A DNA stretch of 61,627 nucleotides, the filler included, from Gonapodya sp. JEL0774 (taxonomy: Eukaryota): assembly GCA_027604505.1 (NCBI GenBank). It is 16 parts of 16 records of this genome, joined end to end, with 100 filler letters (N's around TTAATTAATTAA, not from the genome) between each part and the next. Parts side by side here need not be neighbours in the genome. Positions count along the whole stretch, not along the records: positions 7,758 to 11,533 come from JADIIX010001150.1; positions 11,634 to 15,406 come from JADIIX010001151.1; positions 15,507 to 19,274 come from JADIIX010001152.1; positions 19,375 to 23,141 come from JADIIX010001153.1; 12 more parts are not named here. One strand, written 5' to 3'. Positions 7,758 to 19,389 of this stretch are shown here, one piece after another. Under the pieces are notes generated by a model. It was not told the origin of the DNA and did no database searches. It was given only the letters and a program-made list of their open reading frames with translations. Within the stretch, counting starts at the first letter, position 1; each line of letters opens with the position of its first letter. Position numbers and translations under genes: made by a program.

Positions 7758-10700
7758 CCAGTAGGTTCGAGTGGCGTCGCTGAGAGAGGACGTGGTATGA
7801 TCTGTTGGAATAACCGGAAACGTAGAGCAACCAAAGGCTAGAAGTCTCACCTTATTATCTCCTTCAAATCGATGATGTCGTCACTCAAGTCCGCACTTGG
7901 CTTCGACTCCAAAATTTGAAAAAGCACGTTGAGGAGCTCAACCGCTGTCGCACGCTCACCAATGTTGAGGATGGAATCCAAGAATGTTTCAGTTACCTGG
8001 ATCGCGGACGAGTGATTGCTACTTTCTTGAGCGAGGGCGAACGCTATGCACGACGTACCAGGGCGAAATTGAACTCCTCGGGGGTTTTCTCTGACGTAAG
8101 GGGGTCGCGGTACAGAATCTTTTCTGCTGTTAAGGACAGACCTCGGCACCTGTTCAGAACGCTCCAAACCTAAGAAGCAAGATTCCGCGAGAAGAAGATC
8201 AAAGATAATGGTAGAATCCTAAGTGGCATTGAATCGCACCTTAGGATAAAATTTTTCTGGCACCCTGTTGAGCGCACCATCTAAACGTCTTCGCCTGTAC
8301 CATCGTCCCTGCGATGGTCCAACGATCGCCATGACAGTACTCTTAGCAATCTCCTCCTTCTCCGCCATGGCCAAGAAGTTAAGATCCTTCCGGCTCGCTG
8401 CCAAATCCACCGTCTTGTCAACCGTGCAGAGTTGTCGGTCTTGGAACCCTGCCTTGATCACGCTCTCGGTACACGTTTCCGGGAACCCGACTTGAGCAAC
8501 CATCACCCAGCGATCCATGGGACGCAGTTCGTTGATGCGGCGGCTTCCGAGCTTCGAGAGCTCTAATCGTGCGGTGGACGTCATATATTGGCACACCTCG
8601 TCCATGCTGACCACCACGACGATTTTGCCCTCGTCAAGACCATGGATATGTTTGACAAGCTCCAACGATTCTTCATCCGAATGATGAGTATCGAAAACTA
8701 GTCCGTCCTCGAGGGCCCCGCTGATGAAATCAATGCTAATCACTAGCAAACCGCGCGTTGTTGGTGACAGCATCGAAATGATGTTATCTGGAAGAATTTC
8801 AGGGCGACCATCTACCGTAATGTGAATGGTGACAAATGCGCCTTGAGCCGACTGTACCACCACATTAAGTTGAGACGGGAGTCCCTTGCGCCCGGCACGA
8901 GCGATATTAAGAGGTAGTGCGGGGGAAGGAGTTCGAGTCATGGGGATTGAGGACGCATCTTGCACCGCGCTAAGTGGTGAACGGAACACATTTCTGGAAG
9001 GGCTTGGGGAAGTGGCAGTCCCCGGAGAGACTCCAATAGGTGTCACCGAGTCCGTTTCTTGATGAGCAGTCAGAACCTGACGGACCAGGGTGAATATTTC
9101 GAACGGACTTGACTACATCAAAACAGTTTAAAGATTCATGGTGAGAACTGGATCCGGACGAAATGAATCTGGGTTGCTCTTACCTCCATTAGTCTTCTGT
9201 GCGCGTCCTCTTCAAGACATCCGTATGATCGAGATATTTCATCACGCATCGCGGCAGCAAGGTAAAACGTCCGTAGTCGGAATATACCGGTGAACCACAA
9301 TGGATTGGAGCGGATAAAGCCGCCAAGATATGTCACGAGCTCTTCTACAAGAGGCCCGTCTCGAACGTCTGAAATGCTGGGAATAATTCACAACCTCAAC
9401 TGGCCATCCGGTAAAGTGTGAGACGCGAGACATGAACCACCCACTGAGCAAAAATGGCGTCTCGAAGGGTGTCTGGGTTCAAGTTCATCGAACTCGTTAT
9501 GAGGAACTCGTTCGTCCCAAATCCAATGGATACCTAGAATTAATGAGCCCCCAAGGTAAATTCCGCTGCCGCGAGTTCAAACAAATCTTTCTAATTACCG
9601 GGATCTTTCGCACAAGTAGATCCGTTAGGTTCGTGGTCAAAGAGTTCACCATTTTCTGCAGAATACCTGCTGTCTGTCGTACCACATCCCAGATGCTAAC
9701 CGCCCCAAAAGAAATTTGTCAGTCGAAGTAGCGACCAAGATCACATAACCAATGTTGAGTCCCACCGACGATCCCGCGCTTTGATGTAAACCTCATCGAG
9801 CAGCTGTTCCACAGTAGCTTGGAAAGAGTCAATATGAAATGCCTTCCCTTTCAGAGTGAAAACGTATTGCAACAGGTCGGCTTGATGGGATAGCAACATC
9901 AACACGTCTCGGGCAAGTTAGATTACGTGTGACTACAAAAGTCCCTCCTTACCTTGCTCATGCAAATCCGACGTTCTCGCAAGAGACTTGATAGTTTCTG
10001 GTACGTCTTTGACAATATTCACTTGCAGAGGGGTGAGTGGTGTCCGTACTTCCGAGGGTGTTGCGGCACCTTTCAATTTCCAAATTTCAGGAGCACGCGA
10101 ACTTGGCGTCATTGGCTCGATTGCTTCGTCGAGTGCCTCATACATAAAATTCAGGGTTCAAAAGGTAAGAGCAATGTTTTGAGACATCACACCCTTCCAA
10201 TAGTTCAGACACCGACCTCGTCGAACTGTTTCGCGCCATCAAAGTAAGACTGCATTTTTGAGCTACTGATTGATGCAGAGATTGAAGCTGCATGAATTCC
10301 CGGTGTTGATGTAAGCAACGCGGATGTGGGGGTGACAGGCAACCCAAAAGGACTCGTTGGAGGGAGACCAAAGGGTGACGTCGGGCTCACAAAACCACCG
10401 ACAGATCCTTCGCGAACGCGAATGAATGTGCTCTTTTTGCGGACTCGCCTACCACCTTCAGTGGCTCGGTTCGATAAGTTGAGTCGATGCGGTGCGGCAC
10501 GGATTCCAAGCCGTTTTCCACCTGTCAAGATGGAGTGCAGTTCTTCGGATTTTGGTGCCTTGGAAACTAAAAAGTCCAAAGATTCGATCTGCGATGTCGG
10601 AACTGCGTGGATGGGGTTCAGTTTCCGCAACGTACCTCCAAATTGCATGATTCAAGACTCACTCATTTCTTGCAACCTCCCGAGTCTCACTTTAACTCCA

Positions 10701-11533
10701 TTCGCCGTGCCTTCTTTCAACTGCATTCCAAAGTCCAGCAGATTTTTCGCTTCTCTCGCCGACCTCGAGTCCCTTGCTCGGAAGCCATCGCGATTCTTGA
10801 GTGCAGATAATGTTGGACCAAACATGCTTTCATTGAGCAGAACAACCATGGTGGGACGTCCGCCCCCCGCCCAATAATTGCGCAAGAAGCCAATAGTGGA
10901 TTCAAATACCGTGAGCAGGTAATTTTCGTCCGATACCATGTAGAACTCTTCGCGATCGAGGAAGTGCGGAAGGAAGCAGTAACTGAACAGTGTGTGAGAG
11001 ATCCCACCATATTTGTTTTCCAGGCGAAGATCACTCACAGCCTACCCTGGCATCGATACAGCCTGCTAGTACTCAATGCTCCCATCGGCCTTCCAACTCT
11101 TCCTGTTAGACCGAGCTTCGAATTGCGTCCCAGATTTCCCAGTGCATCTCTCAGAGCGCCTGGTGGGGAAACGGTTACAGGCTGAACCTCCGCAAGGGTC
11201 TGTGTTGGGAGACCGTATGTCGCGAGGAGTGCCTGTAGCTCAGCTGATTCGGAGAGCAGGACTATTTGAACCGTTGGTGGTGGTGACTGCATTGAAGGGA
11301 TCAAGCGGCGCCCAAGGGGATCGAGATCCGACGGATGTAGCAGACGGTCCATCAGAAGTAATGAGGTAATGTAAAGTGACTGATGATGTTCATCCAGACT
11401 GTGTGGTCAGCAAAGTCACTCCCTTAAATTATGTTACACGATACGTTCATACCTGAGCCCAAACGAGAGGGACATTCTCGCCTGGTTCCCTTTTTTGGCT
11501 GCCAGGGTTTCTCTTCTCTGCTTCAATCCTCTC
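7758..11533 (-). CDS. Phosphorylase b kinase regulatory subunit alpha/beta family (GH15-like) with an inserted ILEI/GG domain; internal fragment, multi-exon
   Basis: ENVPLVWAQ|SLY...SDLDPLGRRL, GRNSKLGLTGRVGRPMGALSTSRLY, FLPHFLDREEFYMVSD...GRPTM, LSGWFMSRV and GRWYRRRRLDGALNRVPEKFYPKV are all PHKA/PHKB-type motifs. Confidence 0.9.
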
Positions 11534-14500
11534 NNNNNNNNNNNNNNNNNNNNNNNNNNNNNNNNNNNNNNNNNNNNTTAATTAATTAANNNNNNNNNNN
11601 NNNNNNNNNNNNNNNNNNNNNNNNNNNNNNNNNTGGCCGATGGCATCGGATAGGTAGTTCAGGATCGCTGCGACGCGATCATCATCATGTCTTGCATTCA
11701 CTGGATTGAAGGAACTGCGCGACCTCCTGCTCAATACGGGAGTCGCCAACTCAGTCCCGGGACAATCTATTGCAGCTAGTGATGTCTTCGAGAGATTAGG
11801 GAAACGCGAATGTGAAAGCCGCTCAACATTGTGGTGCCGTTTGTATATCTGCATACTATCATAGAATTTTATGGCGAGCTTCAGCCCTCGTTACATCACA
11901 CCTAATCCACGGCGCTGCCAAGATATGTCACATCGGCAAGCGATCTGTTTCGCTCGGCATCATCCCACCCCTCATCAGGAGATTTCAAAGGACTAGATCT
12001 GTGTGATTCTCTAGATTTTTTTGCTCTTCATGGGATCTTGGGTTCCAGGACTCATGAACGTGATTCCCGCTTGAATCGCACAATCATCATAATATTGATC
12101 GTCCACGGGCCACCAAACGGTAGTCTTGAAACTGGATCGATTAAAACATCGGTTCTTCCGAGAGTAAATACGTTCTTGACAAACACAGGGTGATGTTTAG
12201 GGGCACATTGTAGGAATGTTACGCAGTCTCACACCAGGCCGATACATATGTGAAGGGAATATATCACTCGAACACGATGAGAGCTGTCGCTGAGATCCAT
12301 TTTCAACATACATTTAGTGAGCATGGCCGAGCGGATGACACTCAAATTGTCGAACAAAACTTTGTCAAGTCTTCACAGAAGTGTGATCCAGATCAAGCCA
12401 CTAATCGTAATTTGCTTCACGATGACAATTCAAAACACCAGATCACGATGTTCCGGATCATCTGCAGGACGTGGACACAAAGAGTGATCCACAATCATAT
12501 CTGGCAAAAACCCATAAGCACCAACTTAGAGCTGCTTTCTAGCTTTCTGCAGATAGATAGATTTGTATTGTGAATGCAAACAATGTGGTGCAAAAAATTG
12601 GTGATCGGTGTACAGACAGGATAATTGTACCAAAGCGAGAGAATGACACTTCAAGCCGTTGCATTCTGAGAATAGTAGGCCCCTGCAGCTACTCTTCATA
12701 ATTTGAATGTATGATCAGCTGAGAGAAGGTGTGGAAGTAGGTGTATGACAGTCCGGTGGATAATCACGTAAACCAACTAGCCACCATTCGTCACACAATT
12801 CATAAAATACTGTTCTTTACTGTTCTCTGCCATAAATTAATGTTTTTTCGAAGATGTGGCTGGCCCAGAATGTTGAAATACTGCAGAAAAGGAGTGGTGA
12901 CTGGTTGATTGAATAAATGCAATCATGCCGAATAGTGAACCGTACTGGAACAGCGTCGCTTGAGTACGTCGGCCATAAAACAGGGTAGTAGAAATGCAGT
13001 GAGAATGATTCCAAGCTGGCAGGCACAGCAGCAGGGGGGATTCTACAAATGTTCGGACAGAGCGGAGTTTTGGAGAGCGGGGACAAACTGTTGACGTCAT
13101 CTCACCGTCAAAACAAAGTACCACAGAATTGAGGCCTTTCCACAATCAAGAGTGAACAGGTATGTGGCTACACTCTCCTTTCATGGAGCTGCAATTTCGA
13201 ATGCGAACAATGATGGGCGGCGTTGAAAATGATCATTCACATGCTGGAGACATTTTCACACACCGGCCCCAAAAAGAAAAGATATTTCAAAAAGCCACAC
13301 GAGAAGACTGTGAGTGAATCAATAATGAGATGTATACAGTTCCCTCTCTTTTGCCTGTGCCAGACTTTGCCTTGATACATTTTACAAGACACCGAGGTTT
13401 GGGGGATGAAACTGCAGTGGCCGGCACGCACCACCAAAAGTTACGGGGAACAATACAGTAACACAGCTTCATGACTAATGTCGCAGCACCATAGCTTCCA
13501 GGTGGGATTAAACATCTTGAATACTGATTCTGATCACTGATGCAGCGTTCAAATGTGATCGATCGTTCTGGTATTGTTATATCCCAACACTATGATCCGA
13601 CACTGGTGTTTCATTGGTTTCAATTCAACTCGTGGGATGGGGACAGCTTTGCGCCATCCATGGAAAAAATTTGGCGGAGGTGGCCGAGTTGCCTCTGTCA
13701 CCCAAGACACGCCCGACGCGCACTGGCTACCGTGCAATGCCAGCGTACGCAGAACATGCCCACCACCACTCGCCCTTGTTGATCGACAAGCACGTGGTCC
13801 GCTTCAGGTAAGTAGATAAGCCCGCTCCTGTCGGAACCGCCAGAGACGGTCTAAATGGGGAACGGGCATGGTATCATTGGGAGAACTGATGAATTGCTCG
13901 CTTTTTATCTCCAAAGACGGGCACTTTGTGGGCACTGCGGAGAGGTCGCAGCTCCTTTGCCACAAATATGCCACAGCTGTAGTTGTCGTCAGGCTTGCTG
14001 CGCAATTCGGTTGCTGTGACCATTTGCAAAACACATGCTGCGCAGCACAACGGCCACAGTCATTTGAAGCGCAGTACACACCGAAATCTGTCGGATTAGG
14101 CAGAACGATAATACATAATGGGAAAACGTGTCTCAGGATAGAGATCATTGACGCAGTTTGGTTACCGGCGGGTTTATTGGAAACTCCACAGTTGCATATT
14201 GAACGAGAAAGTTATACGTTCACATCCATCGCCGGATAAAATCCACTTGACAGTATTTAAGCGCCGTACTAGAGCATTAACATGATATGGTCGCTGAATT
14301 CTGTCTGGAACCCTCCGACCAGCGCCATCGTCTTCTTTGTAGTGAAGTGAAAGTCATGAGAAAACTTATATCTCACTGATCGGCAGTTCCCGTTGCACCA
14401 CCTGTGCCCTCGTCGCTATGAGTATATTTCATATATCCTGTCAAAGAATATTGTTTGGGAGATCCGGTGGTCCAGGGACATGCCGGCAAAAGCGCTTCTT

Positions 14501-14549
14501 CCGCATCGAACACCACACAAACTCACCATCCCGGAAGACCACCACCGCT

Positions 14550-15406
14550 ATGGGTATGATTCCCTCCTCGCAGTCCTGTCGGTGACCGGTACTTTGAACG
14601 TTTCACTCCCCTTCTTCTTCCCCCTCGTGCCCCATGCTTCCGCTTCCTGCTGCGCTTCTCCTCTGTGACCCTTCGTCAACTCCCACTGTCTCATACCCGC
14701 ACTCCCTCAATCCGGTCGCAATTGTGATCTTTAGACTTCCAAAACCGTGCTGGCAGCAAGCCCGGCTCCGGAGGTGTGGCCGATTGGAGTGAAAGCAATG
14801 TCGATAGGAGGGAAAGGTTGAGGAAGTTGGCACTGGAGACGATTGACTTGGCAAAGGATCCGTATGTGAGTACTTAGAGAGTTCGAATTTGCTATAACGC
14901 GATTGCGTATCTGAAACCAGTTCCCTCTGTGCCCCCTTCGAATGATTGCTCTCCACCACTCCTGAACCTCGTCACCCTAAACCCTGCTGGCCCCTAGTTC
15001 ATGAAAAACCACCTTGGCTCATACGAATGTAAACTTTGTCTCACCCTCCACACCAACGAAGGCTCTTACCTCGCTCACACCCAGGGGAAGAAGCATCAGA
15101 CTAACTTGGCGCGTAGAGCAGCAAAGGACGCTAAGGATCGGGAGATGACAATGCCAAAGCTTATTGAGGGTGCCAAACCGAAAATTGAAGTTAAGAAGGT
15201 GGCGGTGAAGATTGGACGGCCGGGTTACAAAGTCACAAAGGTCAGTTCGTGATAACGGTACGAACCCGTTATTCTCACCCACGCGCGAGTTGTCTAACGC
15301 ACTCGCTCCTCTTCACCTGTTTATGTACATCGTTTTCAGGTTCGCGACCCCGTCACCCGCCAAGTCGGTCTCTTTTTCCAGGTCCAGTACCCTGAAATTG
15401 GCGAAT
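14550..15406 (+). CDS. SF3A2: Splicing factor 3A subunit 2 (SAP62/Prp11), 3' truncated
   Basis: Exons 14550-14553, 14735-14865, 14998-15240 and 15340-15406 give MDFQNRAGSKPGSGG...RRERLRKLALETIDLAKDPYFMKNHLGSYECKLCLTLHTNEGSYLAHTQGKKHQTNL...KIGRPGYKVTKVRDP. Confidence 0.97.
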
Positions 15407-15506
15407 NNNNNNNNNNNNNNNNNNNNNNNNNNNNNNNNNNNNNNNNNNNNTTAATTAATTAANNNNNNNNNNNNNNNNNNNNNNNNNNNNNNNNNNNNNN
15501 NNNNNN

Positions 15507-15583
15507 GGTGGTTATGCCAAGGTGGTATTTTTGTGGTTATTTGGCATAACCACACCATGGTTAAGGTCCCGACAGTCCCAGTG
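15507..15583 (-). mobile_element. Probable terminus of a CACTG (CMC/EnSpm-type) DNA transposon inserted into the Copia gag
   Basis: On the minus strand the gag sequence switches to CACTGGGACTGTCGGGACC. This is followed by clustered ATAACCAC-like motifs in both orientations, including a perfect 13-bp inverted repeat (15508-15520 / 15541-15553). Confidence 0.55.
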
Positions 15584-16549
15584 TCTGCCACCACCACCCT
15601 TCTTTGATCGGTCACCACCTTGCCGACTTTCCTTCTTGCTAGAACAGTCGCGCGCCATGTGGCCATACTGCCCACATTTGTTGCAGTTGCCCGGGAAAGG
15701 TTTGGAGCTGGAGCCTGACGCACTGGACCGAGGTGAGTTGTGCGTGCTTGAGAATACTTTGCCGCCAATCTCCTCTGATTTGCTGTTCTCCGCTGCTAAT
15801 TGGTGTTCTCGCTCAATGAGCATCATCCGTAGATCCTCAATCGTCAACTTGCCGTCCTTCAGCCTGAACTCGGCCAATCCGAGTTGGAGTCCATACTCCG
15901 CAGGCAAACCGGCACCGACCCACTTCAAGACCTCGCTCACAGTATAATCACGACCTTCTACATTGCACAGCTGCCGGATCAAACTACCCTTCTCGAAAAG
16001 GTATGTGGTGATCGTCTCATCTCCACGGAGTTCTCGCTTGGTGAGTTGCCGGTGGAGAGATATGGTGTGAGATGCAATGTTAGGTCGAACGGTGTCAAGG
16101 ATCGCCTTGTAGATGAGATTCGAAGTGTAGTTGACAGGATCTGCAGGTAAGTGTTCCCGGATAGCAGCCAGAAGAGATTCGTCAATTGCTGCCATTAACA
16201 GCACTTGCCCCATTCAATCCTTCGCAAGCCATGCATCCAACTCGCTCGCTCTCGCCGGTGATGTGCCCACTGTGGTGGTTACAGGAGCGGTAGAGGTTGC
16301 CAGAGTTGTCGTCGTGGATGAGGATGCAGACGCAGATGGTGTCACAGATGTGGATGCGGTAGGGGTACTGGATGCAACGGTGAGTGACCCGGGACCAGTC
16401 GCCTCGGGCTTTGGCACTGTCCCCTGAATGTACTCATGCACGCCTTGCTGAAGTGCGAAGATACTAACGACTGTCTTCCAGCTGTCAAGATCTCCGCCGA
16501 TCTTGAGCCTTTGGTTCGCGGCGAATTTGATGGTGTTACCTCCGAGCAT
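15584..16549 (-). mobile_element. Ty1/Copia LTR-retrotransposon gag, inactivated
   Basis: LDSWKTVV...GVHEYIQGTVPKP, WLAKD*MGQVLLMAAI, ETITTYL...GLPAEY...LTIEDLRMMLIERE (UBN2-type gag), and zinc knuckle CNKCGQYGHMARDC. In-frame TGA at 16216-16214. No pol follows. Confidence 0.9.
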
Positions 16550-16701
16550 TGCAGGTGAGTTTAGAGTGCAAGAGTTCGCACTGTAAATGTGTTATTGCGA
16601 GTTGCTGCAATGGTAGTTGACTGGACAGAGTCGGGCAGAGGTTCACCCTTAGAGTAGATCTTTGATTGTAAAGTCACCGAATACATATGAGATTTTCTCT
16701 G

Positions 16702-16710
16702 CTTTTATAT
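16702..16710 (-). promoter_or_regulatory. TATA box upstream of the Copia gag (possibly within an LTR remnant)
   Basis: GATATAAAAG on the minus strand about 155 nt upstream of the gag ATG. No clear PBS was found. Confidence 0.35.
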
Positions 16711-16839
16711 CCCTCGGTCAATTTCTAATCTCCCCGTCAGTTATCTTCCCGTAAGTCCTGAAGTCCATTGGGTGATGTGTTCCCAATGGAGTTGGTCTCC
16801 AAAGATTGTGTTGGTGCATAATCCAAGTGATCCAGTCGC

Positions 16840-17459
16840 TTATGCTGCGACTTCTAACAACCTTGGAAATGGGGCAGGTGGGGGATCAGCAGCTTGTGCC
16901 ACTCGCATCTCAACTGCGGGGGGTGGGCTGTCTGCGACCGTCACTGCAGCACCATCATCCACTTGTCTTATGGCGTGGTTGCTTCTGTTCTGCTCCTCAC
17001 AAATTGCGTTCGTAGGCAATACATTGGTACGGCGGCGGAAGACAATACCACCGTAACAGAACCCAAGTTGATGCTGCAAATCAGCAATGGCAATCTGCAT
17101 TGCCCTTATGGTATCTTTTTGGCTACGATTCTTGCTTTCTAATGTGATAATATGTGCTATACCAACAGGTGCAGATGAGCGAGCAGCACTCATAGTCCTT
17201 CGACAGACAAACTGACTGTTCACATTTTCATTGTCATCTAACTCCATCTCATCTTGAGAAGTGTTTTCGTTTCCTTGCCTAGCACCATTGTCGGCTTTGG
17301 CTGATTCACGGTATGAGAAGCATTCTCGGCACCACAAGCGCGTTCACTCACTTCCTCAAAGTCCTGTTCACTCGGACCGTAAGGGACATCACTGTTTCTT
17401 CCATGGTTTTCCAATTCAATATCAACAACAGGTGCGTTCTGGTTGTCCTGCTCAGACAT
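16840..17459 (-). pseudogene. Hypothetical low-complexity acidic protein, apparently frameshifted
   Basis: MSEQDNQNAPVVDIELENHG... (frame of 17238..17711) continues best in the 16840..17337 frame (NENTSQDEMELDD...coiled coil QKDTIRAMQIAIADLQHQL). No family recognised. Confidence 0.3.
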
Positions 17460-18789
17460 TTCAAACGTCGGCGAGTTGTAGCCAAGAGAGACAAAACCAA
17501 GAGAAACTGGTCCAGACCCCCGGAGACGCAACACGGAGGAGAGAACGTTGCAGAGAGCGAGAGAAAATGAAGGAAAACCATTGATGCTCGCGCTCAGGTC
17601 TACATGACTTGAGTGGGAGACAGCGGCAAATTCAAAGTTGACAAAAATGATCATATAGAAGAGTTGAAGAGAACGCAGGCAGCTCAGAGATCGTCGCAAT
17701 TGTTCCCCCACTTGTGGAGGACTGCACGGGATGGATTGAAGGGGCCGGAGCGTATGATTGTGTTTGACGTGTAGAATATATTCACTATCTACATGGCTAA
17801 ACCCTCACACATAGACCTGTTCCGTCACAGAGTGTGCGAGCAAAGGAGCGCTGCTGAGATCACAGTACTGGGCGGTGAGGATGACAGAAATGCCGAGGGG
17901 GACCTAAGCATAAGCGACAACAGCCGTTGTATCCTGACGATGCGCGAGAATCCTTTGGTAGGAGTCAAGCGCTATGATCCACGATTGCGGGTAGGTGTCT
18001 GAAGTTGTGGCCCATAGTGGGAGGACTGCATTCAGGTTGACGTGCACACCAAAGAGAGAAGGGAGGTGCGTGACACGAAGTTGATTGTAATGCGTAGTGT
18101 AATCCCACTGTCGCATATACGCGCGATGAGAAGAGAGTCGGGGACTGGGGTGGGCCCAGTATATCAGTGGGACGAGTGGACCACGGGTTTGGTTACCAGG
18201 GTTTAGCTGGATTGGTTTCCAGTACACTCTTCCGTTGCCAGGTGATTGCTGATACTACTGCTGGATGTGCGTGGAGTGCTTGGTTTTGGGTTTTGCGAGC
18301 GGCAGAAAAAAATTGAGGGACCAGAAAGGACGACGCAGACGCGCAGAGGACAGATCGACACAGTAGGTGGAGCACCAAAGGTTGTGGTTCGCCGCGGAAC
18401 CGTTGGGTTTCTGTCCCGAGACTCAATGTATGTGTCTGAACTCTCCTACAATGTGTCACTGAGCAGTTGCAGCTGAGCCGCCGGCACAACTAAGATCACT
18501 AGAAAAATCTAAAAACTACTATACGCATCTATATACTAATAGATTTCACATCTATCCAAGGAACAGGCGACGCGACCAGGGGTGACTCGTGGAGGTGAAC
18601 GGGGACGACTGCTGTCGTGCTTGTGGGGTCACGTGACTCCGGCTAAACTCCCGCTTTTAGCCGTCGTCTCACTTCAGTGTCGCGGTACTGGTTCAGCTGG
18701 CCATTCGCATTCACAAGATGCACTGAACATGCCACATGTAAAGAGCATCTTTCAACAGTATGTCTATCATTGAAGCTGCGCTTCACTAA

Positions 18790-19274
18790 TTAGTAGTAAC
18801 CGTCCCTCTTAGCGTTTCTGCTCTGCATAAACATCATCACTCCTCCTACAATCAATGCCACTCCAACCACCAGCCCCACTACAATACCCGCAATAGTCCC
18901 AGCTGACGGGCCTGATGGTGGAGGAAACAGCTGGTTACAGACAGCCTTGACGGTGGCGTTGCTCACGTTGGTGCCGTTCAACAGCACTGGGCATATCGCG
19001 ACACATGAAGTGTAGATGTCAAAGTTTTTGCAGAGACAATCGAACTTTGATGCGTTTGCATTAAATACGGAGGTGCGGTCACAGATGACGAAGGTTGCGT
19101 CATTCGGGGTTGAAAGATATTGTTTCGAGTGAGCTGAGTGGACACTCAGTGAACGTCAGACTGTGACCCCAGCACTCACAGTGGATATATCGCCGTTTGA
19201 TATGACCTACACCGCAATTCAATTCACATTGGGAACGTATGTCGTCAGTTGAAGTGTTAACCACTCGCTAGTAG
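18790..19274 (-). CDS. 3' part of a single-pass membrane protein with a Cys-rich ectodomain
   Basis: FDCLCKNFDIYTSCVAICP...VCNQLF, then SAGTIAGIVVGLVVGVALIVGGVMMFM (TM) and a short tail ending RDGYY*. Confidence 0.6.
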
Positions 19275-19389
19275 NNNNNNNNNNNNNNNNNNNNNNNNNN
19301 NNNNNNNNNNNNNNNNNNTTAATTAATTAANNNNNNNNNNNNNNNNNNNNNNNNNNNNNNNNNNNNNNNNNNNNATTACAAGGTGTTAA

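Noticed and set aside
16214..16216. Programmed readthrough or selenocysteine at the in-frame TGA of gag
   Set aside because: It lies mid-gag rather than at a gag-pol boundary, the element is otherwise disrupted, and a CGA>TGA mutation is simpler.
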